In this document: piece by piece, positions 13,405 through 20,860 of the stretch | Position numbering within the stretch: the first letter of the stretch is position 1 | How the letters are laid out: each line of letters begins with the position of its first letter | Source of the DNA: an uncultured Pelagibacteraceae bacterium | GTDB taxonomy: Bacteria; Pseudomonadota; Alphaproteobacteria; Pelagibacterales; Pelagibacteraceae | Assembly (NCBI GenBank): GCA_902588515.1 | Contig: CACIPP010000002.1 | Location: 12,810-76,809 of the forward strand | Direction: 5' to 3' | DNA length: 64,000 nt | Notes under the pieces: model-generated | The model's database searches: none | What the model was told of the DNA's origin: nothing | What the model saw: the letters and a program-made list of their open reading frames with translations, nothing else | Position numbers and translations under genes: made by a program

Positions 13405-14685
13405 ATGAGCATAAAAGAATTTTTCGGTTCTAGTGAAGAAAAAATTAGTCTAGAAACAATTATTAATATTAGATGGATAGCCATTTTTGGACAGATTTTT
13501 GCGATATGTTTTGTTTATTATTATTTAAAGTTTAATTTTGAAGTTCTGTGGTGTGGGGCCTTAGTACTTGTCTCCATAGTCATTAACTCTTATTTAGAAT
13601 TTAAAAAAAGTAAATTTGGTGAATTAAATAATTTTAGTGCTACTTTCAATATTTTTTACGATTTAGTTCAACTGGCATTATTACTATTTCTTACAGGTGG
13701 TCTCACAAATCCTTTTTCTATTTTGATAATTGTTCCAACTACTATTGCAACAACTTTTTTATCTAGAAATAGTAGTTTCTTTATAGCGGGGGTATCAATA
13801 ATTTTGTGTTCAGTGCTTGCTCTTTTTAATTTTCCATTACCTGGTCCAGATGGAGAAACACTTAAAACTCCTCAATATTATCTATTAGGTATGTGGTTAT
13901 CTACAACAATTGGAATTATCTTTTTAGGAAATTATGCATATCAACTTGCTAGATCTAATAGAAAAAGATCAAAAGCATTAGAGGGACTAGAAAAAACTTT
14001 ATCTAATGAGCAAACTTTGAGTTCTGTGGGAAGTTTGGCGGCAGCAGCAGTTCATGAATTAGGAACCCCATTAGCAACAATATCATTGGTGTCAGGAGAA
14101 TTAAAAAAACAACTTTCAGCAAAAAGCGAATTTAAAGAAGATATAGATTTATTAATTTCACAAGCTGATAGGTGTAGATTAATATTAAAAAATATTGGTA
14201 CTGATCCAAAAAAAGAGGATGATTTTTTACAAAGAGTTTCATTAAAAAATTTGTTAAACGAAATAGTATTTTCAAATGAAAGAAAACATGACAAAAAAAT
14301 TATTATTATAGATAAATTAGAACATGAACCATTAAAAATTAATAAACAAATAGAAATTACTTACGCTTTAAGAAGTTTAATTGATAATTCAATAAAATTT
14401 TCGAAATCAGAGATAAAAATATTTATTGAAAAAAATAATAATGATTTATCAATCATAATTACAGATGATGGCCCAGGTTTTGACGACGAAATTTTAAAAA
14501 AAATAGGTGAGCCATATATTAAATCTACTTCTGTAGACAAAACAAAACTAGGCCTTGGACTGGGATTATTCATATCAAAAAATTTATTAGAAAGAACAAA
14601 AGCTAAAATAGTTTTTGAAAATAAAAAAAGTGAATTAGGAGCAGTTGTAAAAATTATATGGCGTTACGAGGACCTAATTAATTAG
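13405..14685 (+). CDS. regB: Redox-responsive sensor histidine kinase, RegB/PrrB/ActS type
   Basis: It has multiple N-terminal TM helices containing GGLTNPF, the GGXXNPF quinone-site motif of RegB. The H-box is HELGTPLATI. A Cys sits in DRCRLIL at the RegB redox-box position. The ATP-binding region shows DDGPGF and GLGLGLF. Confidence 0.8.
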   Translation: MSIKEFFGSSEEKISLETIINIRWIAIFGQIFAICFVYYYLKFNFEVLWCGALVLVSIVINSYLEFKKSKFGELNNFSATFNIFYDLVQLALLLFLTGGLTNPFSILIIVPTTIATTFLSRNSSFFIAGVSIILCSVLALFNFPLPGPDGETLKTPQYYLLGMWLSTTIGIIFLGNYAYQLARSNRKRSKALEGLEKTLSNEQTLSSVGSLAAAAVHELGTPLATISLVSGELKKQLSAKSEFKEDIDLLISQADRCRLILKNIGTDPKKEDDFLQRVSLKNLLNEIVFSNERKHDKKIIIIDKLEHEPLKINKQIEITYALRSLIDNSIKFSKSEIKIFIEKNNNDLSIIITDDGPGFDDEILKKIGEPYIKSTSVDKTKLGLGLGLFISKNLLERTKAKIVFENKKSELGAVVKIIWRYEDLIN

Positions 14686-14689
14686 AATA

Positions 14690-15739
14690 CTATGCGGGTT
14701 CTTGCTGAGTCATACAATGTATTGCCCCCAAGCCCCAAATTAAATTTGAACAGTCTATTGGTATAATTTTTCTGCTTTTAAAATAACGCTTAAAAATGTT
14801 TAAAACTAATTTATCATTTTTATCTTTAAACGTTGGCAACAAAACTATTTTATTTGCGATGTAAAAATTTAGATAAGAAGCAGGCACTCTTTTTCCAAAA
14901 ACATATTTAGCTTTTGGCATTGGTATTTTGACTAACTTTAAATTAAGTTTCTTATTTTGATTGTATTTTTTTATTATTTTTATATTATTTTTTAAATTTT
15001 TATAATTTAAGTCCTTTTTATTAGATTCATGAGCTATAAAAATTATGTTAGATGAAACAAACCTTGCTATATCATCAACATGCCCATTTGTATCATCACC
15101 AGCAATACCTTTATCAAGCCAAATAATTTTATCTACCCCCAAAAATTTGTTAAAGATGTATTCATAATCTTTTGACATAAAATCTTTATTTCTTATTTGT
15201 TTTCTACCTAAAAGGCACTGCTTCGTCGTTATTAATGCATTTTTACCATTCACATCAAAAGCTCCACCCTCTAAAACAATTTTTTTTCCATTAAACCTTG
15301 GAGATATTAGATGAAAATTATTACTTCTTTTTATGCATTTAAAAATCTTATCATCATAGTTAAAATCATTATATTTCGCCCATGCATTAAAACTCCAATT
15401 GCAAATTATTTTTTTTTTATTTTTTTTTATAAAAATAGGCGCTGTATCTCTAAGCCATACTCTATTAGTTTTACAGACATGAATTCTTAAATTTTTTATA
15501 TTCACTTTAGTTTTTTTTAAATTAGCGGTTAAAGTGATTATTTCTTTTCGATCTCTAACCAATAAATTAACTTGTTGAACTCTTGAGAGTTCACAAATTA
15601 TCTTTAAAAAGACGCTCGGTATTTTTTCAAATAAACCTGGCCAATCAGATTTATTATGAGGCCAAGCTATCCATGTAGACTTTTGTTTTTCCCATTCAGC
15701 AGGCATTCTATATTGATTTTTATTTTGCGAATTACGCAT
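14690..15739 (-). CDS. aguA: Agmatine deiminase
   Basis: It has the MPAEWEKQKSTWIAWPH N-terminal motif, GHVDD, and a C-terminal catalytic Cys in GAIHCMTQQ. Confidence 0.85.
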   Translation of the reverse strand: MRNSQNKNQYRMPAEWEKQKSTWIAWPHNKSDWPGLFEKIPSVFLKIICELSRVQQVNLLVRDRKEIITLTANLKKTKVNIKNLRIHVCKTNRVWLRDTAPIFIKKNKKKIICNWSFNAWAKYNDFNYDDKIFKCIKRSNNFHLISPRFNGKKIVLEGGAFDVNGKNALITTKQCLLGRKQIRNKDFMSKDYEYIFNKFLGVDKIIWLDKGIAGDDTNGHVDDIARFVSSNIIFIAHESNKKDLNYKNLKNNIKIIKKYNQNKKLNLKLVKIPMPKAKYVFGKRVPASYLNFYIANKIVLLPTFKDKNDKLVLNIFKRYFKSRKIIPIDCSNLIWGLGAIHCMTQQEPA

Positions 15740-16607
15740 TTTTTGGATTTTTTAGAATGCCTTTATACTTATCAATTCTTCTATCTCTAAAAAAAGGCCA
15801 GTGTTGTCTTACTTTTTCAATCTTTTTTAAATCTATATTACAAATTAATACTTCCTCAGAATTTTTAGCCTTTGCTAAAATATTACCACTGGGATCAAAA
15901 ATTACGGAATTTCCCCAAAATTCTAAAGTCTTTGAACCTATTTTTTCTAAACCAACACGATTAACTGCTGCAACATAAATGCCATTTGCAATCGCATGAG
16001 ATCTCTGAATTGATATCCATGACTCTAATTGAGATTTACCATAAGCCTTTTTTTCTTTTGGATGCCAACCAATTGCTGTTGGATAAAAAATTATTTCTGC
16101 CCCAAGTATTGATGTTAATCTTGCGGCTTCAGGGAACCATTGATCCCAACAAATTAATGTTCCAATATTGATTTTTGAAGTTTTTACAGATTTAAATCCT
16201 AAGTCTCCTGGAGTAAAATAGAATTTTTCATAATATTGTGGGTCATCTGGAATATGCATTTTTCTATATTTACTTATAATTTTCCCAGTTTTGTCAATTA
16301 CTATACATGTATTATGATAAATTCCTGCTGCTTTTTTTTCAAACAAGGAGACAAGTAGTATTATTTTTAACTCTTTACATAAAGAACAAAGTATATCTGA
16401 AGTCGGACCAGGAATTTTTTCTGCCAGTTTAAAGTTTGAGTGTTTTTCAACTTGACAAAAATAATTTGTTAAAAATAATTCTGGTAGACATATTACTTTT
16501 GCACCCTTTTGGTGTGCTTTACGTATTTTATTTATTGCATTGTTCAGGTTTTTCACTCGAGAGGAAACCATTCTCATTTGTATTATTGCAATTTTTATAT
16601 TAGACAT
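15732..16607 (-). CDS. aguB: N-carbamoylputrescine amidase (nitrilase superfamily)
   Basis: It has the CN-hydrolase Glu/Lys/Cys triad context (LPELF, YRKMHIP, ICWDQWFPEAAR). The track ORF starts at 16676 inside the upstream gene. The ATG at 16607 (MSNIKIAIIQM) lies 4 nt after the upstream stop. Confidence 0.85.
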   Translation of the reverse strand: MSNIKIAIIQMRMVSSRVKNLNNAINKIRKAHQKGAKVICLPELFLTNYFCQVEKHSNFKLAEKIPGPTSDILCSLCKELKIILLVSLFEKKAAGIYHNTCIVIDKTGKIISKYRKMHIPDDPQYYEKFYFTPGDLGFKSVKTSKINIGTLICWDQWFPEAARLTSILGAEIIFYPTAIGWHPKEKKAYGKSQLESWISIQRSHAIANGIYVAAVNRVGLEKIGSKTLEFWGNSVIFDPSGNILAKAKNSEEVLICNIDLKKIEKVRQHWPFFRDRRIDKYKGILKNPKNA

Positions 16608-17625
16608 CAAAGATATTTTGAAAATTCTTTTTTTTTCGGTTTTTCCAATTTCCAGTGTGATATGCATCGCTCGCAATTAGAGGTAAGACAGATGTAGCTT
16701 CTGCAAATACCATTTGCTCTTCTTTGACATCTACTTTGCCCCAAGAACTTGCCTCTTTTAAAGTGGAAGAACTACACGCTCCGTCTCTTGAGTCAGCGAC
16801 TGTTATTTGAATAGCATATTTATGCATTTCAACATTTTTTCCTAATAATTCGGCACAAATAACCGTATCCTGAATAAAATTTTTAGGTACTCCTCCACCG
16901 ATCATAAATAGCCCTGAACTTTTTGATTTAAGCTTTATTTCAGTTAATTCTCTAAATTCTTTAATAGAGTCAATTGTTATATGGTTTTTGGGCCTTTCTT
17001 CTTGGTGCATTACTAATCCAAACCCAGCTGAGCTGTCTGTGAATGCCGGGCAGAATATTGGAACATTTTCCTCGTATGCTGTTTGAATTAAAGACCCCTT
17101 TTTTTTGGCATTATTTTTTAGATATTCTCCTAGATATTTTATAAATTTTCTAGATGTGTATGGACCTGGCTCTAGTTTGTTAGCAATTTCACATACTTTT
17201 TTATCACAAGCTTGAAGCTCTTCTTCGTCTATATATGTATCATATATTCTATCTATATAATTATTCCTTAATAGGTTATCGTCCTGAAACTGTGAACCTT
17301 GGTAATGCTTAAATCCAAGAGCTTCAAAAAAATCCATATCTATTATTGATGCTCCAGTAGCGACAATTGCGTCGACCATATTATTTTTTACTAATTCCGA
17401 ATAAAGATTCATACACCCAGCAGCCGAAGTCGAACCCGCGATCGTTAAAAAAATAGTACAATCTTTATCTGATAGCATGTTATTATAAATTTTTGCTGCA
17501 TTTGCTATCTCTCGAGATGTAAACGACATTTTGGACATCGCTTTTATTATAGGTCTAGAATCAAATGAAGTTATATCAATATGTTCTACTGGTGAATTTA
17601 GAAAACTGGATTTATTATTATCCAT
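16600..17625 (-). CDS. Deoxyhypusine synthase-like protein (probable homospermidine synthase)
   Basis: DHS-family motifs are present (TIAGSTSAAG, VATGASIIDMD, GGGVPKNF). The catalytic-lysine context EASSWGKV is conserved. It sits in a polyamine gene cluster. Confidence 0.8.
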   Translation of the reverse strand: MDNNKSSFLNSPVEHIDITSFDSRPIIKAMSKMSFTSREIANAAKIYNNMLSDKDCTIFLTIAGSTSAAGCMNLYSELVKNNMVDAIVATGASIIDMDFFEALGFKHYQGSQFQDDNLLRNNYIDRIYDTYIDEEELQACDKKVCEIANKLEPGPYTSRKFIKYLGEYLKNNAKKKGSLIQTAYEENVPIFCPAFTDSSAGFGLVMHQEERPKNHITIDSIKEFRELTEIKLKSKSSGLFMIGGGVPKNFIQDTVICAELLGKNVEMHKYAIQITVADSRDGACSSSTLKEASSWGKVDVKEEQMVFAEATSVLPLIASDAYHTGNWKNRKKKNFQNIFDV

Positions 17626-17630
17626 TAATG

Positions 17631-18815
17631 TTATGCGAATAATGTTTTAATATTATTATTCTCATCAGCATTATAAATTGACATTATTGGATTATCCTCA
17701 ACTTCGTGTATATCTGACGAATAGAAACCGTTAAATTTTGTTCTCATACTAATACCATACGCACCTAGTTGACCAATCTCGATGTAGTCACCCTGTTTTA
17801 TATTACTAGGTAAATTAAATGGACCTTTCATGTAATCTAAGCCATCGCATGTAGGGCCAAAAAAACTATAAGGTATGATACGCTTTGTAAAATTTTTATC
17901 AGGTTGAATAGCTTTTGATGGAAAAATAAATTTAGGTTGCCCTGCATCAAATAAAGATCCATACGTTCCATCATTAATATATAGACTTTGTTTTTTTCTT
18001 AATTCAACCTTAACAATTGTTGAACCACTTTCCGCAACGAGGGCTCTTCCAGGCTCGCAAATAAGTTCCACTTTTTTATTTAAATTTAGTTTTCCAATTC
18101 CTTTATTTATTTCTTTTATGTAATGTTTTAAAGGTTGAGGGTATAAATCAGGATATGTAGTTGGGAATCCTCCGCCAACATTTATTATATCTGGTGTAAT
18201 TCCTGTTCTTTTAATCAGCAAACCTATATCTTTTATCGCCTTTAAATATGAAATTGGATTCATACACTGTGACCCTACATGAAAGCTTACTGCAAGTTTT
18301 TTAGCGTAACTTTGAGCTAGCTTAATCAAATGTGTAGCTTCATTAACAGTTGCACCAAATTTTTTTGATAAATCAATTTCAGCATGCTCATTAGATGTTT
18401 GCAATCTTAAGAAAAGATTTAAATCTTTAGCATTATTAGTTGACTGTAATATTTTATCCAGCTCATCTTTGCTATCGAAAGCAAAGTCCCTAACATTATA
18501 TTTAAAATATGCTTCGCCAATGCTTTTTGAATTTTTAATTGTATGCATGAAGTAAATTCTAGCGTTTATTGATAATTTTTTTATGAGTTTGATTTCTTCT
18601 AGAGAAGCAGCATCAAAATTATCTATACCGCAAGAAATAATAGTTTTTAGGACTTTTTCATTTGGGTTACATTTGACAGCGTAAAGTACTTTACCTGGAA
18701 AATTTGCGTTAAACCAATTCGTAGCTGATTTAATGCTATCTTTTCTATAACAATATACAGGATCTACTGGTCGTAGTTGCTTAACCAGCTCTTCAACGGA
18801 TCTAAACTTAGCCAT
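17631..18815 (-). CDS. PLP-dependent Orn/Lys/Arg decarboxylase (ODC fold, group IV)
   Basis: The PLP lysine lies in VLYAVKCNP. Other motifs are HVGSQ, GGGFP, EPGRALVA, and CDGLD with the active-site Cys. Substrate specificity (ornithine or arginine) is not decidable by eye. Confidence 0.8.
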   Translation of the reverse strand: MAKFRSVEELVKQLRPVDPVYCYRKDSIKSATNWFNANFPGKVLYAVKCNPNEKVLKTIISCGIDNFDAASLEEIKLIKKLSINARIYFMHTIKNSKSIGEAYFKYNVRDFAFDSKDELDKILQSTNNAKDLNLFLRLQTSNEHAEIDLSKKFGATVNEATHLIKLAQSYAKKLAVSFHVGSQCMNPISYLKAIKDIGLLIKRTGITPDIINVGGGFPTTYPDLYPQPLKHYIKEINKGIGKLNLNKKVELICEPGRALVAESGSTIVKVELRKKQSLYINDGTYGSLFDAGQPKFIFPSKAIQPDKNFTKRIIPYSFFGPTCDGLDYMKGPFNLPSNIKQGDYIEIGQLGAYGISMRTKFNGFYSSDIHEVEDNPIMSIYNADENNNIKTLFA

Positions 18816-18941
18816 CTCATATAACCTCTCAATAGTTACAAATAATTATTATAAAAATAATTAATAATTCCCCAATAAAGGATTTCTAAATTATGTAAAG
18901 AATAAAATATTGTGGAAAAAATATTTTATGGAAGCTGTTTT

Positions 18942-18970
18942 TTGACTTTGTGTCACTTGATTATGATCAT
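18942..18970 (+). promoter_or_regulatory. Candidate promoter for regA (TTGACT-17 nt-GATCAT)
   Basis: TTGACT lies at 18942..18947 and GATCAT at 18965..18970, about 20 nt before the ATG at 18991. The call rests on sequence resemblance only. Confidence 0.3.
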
Positions 18971-18990
18971 TTCTTGATTATATATAAATA

Positions 18991-19554
18991 ATGAAAATAA
19001 GCTCAAAAAAGCTAAATATAGCTGAATTTCAGGACAAATCTTTGCTGATTGTGGATGATGATGACCCGTTCAGAAATAGGCTAGGTAGGGCTATGGAAAA
19101 CAAAGGGTTCAAACCTTTTCTTGCTAAAAGCGTTGAAGAAGCAATTATAATGGTTAAAAAGGCCCCACCAGCGTTTGCCGCTATAGACTTGCGCCTTTTA
19201 GATGGAAATGGATTAGATGTAGTTCAAGAAATCCATAAATTAAAACCTGACAGTAGAATCGTTATGTTAACAGGATATGGTAATTTACCCACAGCCGTTG
19301 CCGCAGTTAAAGCTGGCGCAATTGATTATATTTCTAAGCCAGCTGATGCAGAAGATGTAGAGGCAGCATTGTTAGCTGAACCAAATAAGAAGGCCGCACC
19401 GCCTGAAAATCCTATGTCAGCAGATAGAGTAAAATGGGAGCATATTCAAAGAGTATTCGAATTATGTAATCGCAATGTTTCCGAAACTGCTAGAAGATTA
19501 AAAATGCATAGAAGAACCCTTCAAAGAATTTTATCTAAAAGATCACCTAAATAA
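18991..19554 (+). CDS. regA: Redox response regulator, RegA/PrrA/ActR type
   Basis: It has a receiver domain (LLIVDDDD, DLRL.DGNGL, MLTGYGN, KAGA.DY..KP). The C-terminal HTH, NVSETARRLKMHRRTLQRILSKRSP, closely matches the near-invariant RegA/ActR helix-turn-helix. Confidence 0.85.
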   Translation: MKISSKKLNIAEFQDKSLLIVDDDDPFRNRLGRAMENKGFKPFLAKSVEEAIIMVKKAPPAFAAIDLRLLDGNGLDVVQEIHKLKPDSRIVMLTGYGNLPTAVAAVKAGAIDYISKPADAEDVEAALLAEPNKKAAPPENPMSADRVKWEHIQRVFELCNRNVSETARRLKMHRRTLQRILSKRSPK

Positions 19555-20094
19555 TCTAAAATTAAATTTCGATATTATTACTGAAAGTAAAATTAATTTG
19601 AAAATTTCAGCATAGATAAATGGATATAACCCAAATTCCAAAACTGGTTTATCCCAACCTATAATATTACCTAACCATAAAAGTCCTAAAATATAGATTG
19701 GCAAAACTGATAGTAATAATTTAAATAAGTTAGAAAAGAAATTTCTGTTGTAATTTTGTGTACCAGCTAAAAAGGAACTTATAATAAAACCAAGTATATA
19801 TCCTCCTGTCGGCCCCACAATATAACTTATCCCTATACCCTTTTCAGGTGTACCAGTAAAAACTGGAAAACCTAATACGCCCTCAAAAATATATAAAGCA
19901 ACCGTTGCTAAAGCTAATTTAGGTCCTAAATAATATCCTAAAAATAAAACTATGAAAGTTTGCATAGTCATTGGTACTGGAATAAAAGGAACTTTAATTT
20001 TTGCAGATAATGTAAGTAATAAAGTTCCTACAAACACGATAAGTATTAAATTCAACTTTCGCGTATAAATATTTTTTAATAAAATTTTATCCAT
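19543..20094 (-). CDS. bioY: Biotin transporter S component BioY
   Basis: 183 aa with about 6 TM segments. BioY hallmarks are present (VPFIPVPMTMQTF.VLF.GY.LGPK, GFPVF, GPTGGYI.GF). Confidence 0.85.
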   Translation of the reverse strand: MDKILLKNIYTRKLNLILIVFVGTLLLTLSAKIKVPFIPVPMTMQTFIVLFLGYYLGPKLALATVALYIFEGVLGFPVFTGTPEKGIGISYIVGPTGGYILGFIISSFLAGTQNYNRNFFSNLFKLLLSVLPIYILGLLWLGNIIGWDKPVLEFGLYPFIYAEIFKLILLSVIISKFNFRLFR

Positions 20095-20821
20095 TTTTTG
20101 TTAAGTTTAAAAAAACTTCCTCTAAATCCGGATTATCTTTTATCAATTCTTTGGTATAATTTAAAGCAATTAGTTCACCTTGATTTATAATAGCAATTCT
20201 ATCGCAAATATCTTGAGCTTCTTTTAAATAATGAGTTGTATAAATAATCGTAACTCCTTGATCATTAAGTTTTTTGATTGAGTCTAATAGTTTTCTTCTA
20301 AGTTCTACATCTACACCAGCTGTTGGTTCATCTAAAATTAAAATTGGTGGTTTATGCACCATAGCTTTAGCTACTAGCAATCTTCTTTTCATTCCTCCAG
20401 ATAAACTTCTAGAATATGCATCAGCCTTGTCTTCTAAATTAACTAATTTTAAAATCTCGCTAGTTATTCTTTTGTCCTTCTCGACTCCGTACAATCCAGC
20501 CTGTATTTCAAGTAATTCTTTAGGAGAAAAGTATGCGTCCACGTTTATCTCCTGAGGAACAATACCTAAAGATGCTCTGACATGTCGTGGATTTGCATCT
20601 AAATCAAATCCCCAGACATTTACAAGACCTGACGTTTTAACTACAACTCCTGCTAAAATATTTATAAAGGTTGATTTACCAGCACCATTTGGACCAAGTA
20701 AACCAAAGATCTCTCCCTGTTTAATTGATAATGTTATATTTTTAAGCGCATCTACATTACCTGTTTTTGTGAGATATGTTTTACACACATTCTTAACTTC
20801 TAATGCAATTGAGTTATTCAT
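20087..20821 (-). CDS. ABC transporter ATP-binding protein (ABC-2/DrrA-like; possible energiser of BioY)
   Basis: It has Walker A (GPNGAGKST), the signature LSGGMKRRL, Walker B (ILILDEPTAGVD) and an H-loop (TTHY). Its stop overlaps the bioY start by 8 nt (ATGGATAA). Confidence 0.8.
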   Translation of the reverse strand: MNNSIALEVKNVCKTYLTKTGNVDALKNITLSIKQGEIFGLLGPNGAGKSTFINILAGVVVKTSGLVNVWGFDLDANPRHVRASLGIVPQEINVDAYFSPKELLEIQAGLYGVEKDKRITSEILKLVNLEDKADAYSRSLSGGMKRRLLVAKAMVHKPPILILDEPTAGVDVELRRKLLDSIKKLNDQGVTIIYTTHYLKEAQDICDRIAIINQGELIALNYTKELIKDNPDLEEVFLNLTKNG

Positions 20822-20860
20822 AAATTAATGTTTATGATATGTTTAATTAATATTAAATCT

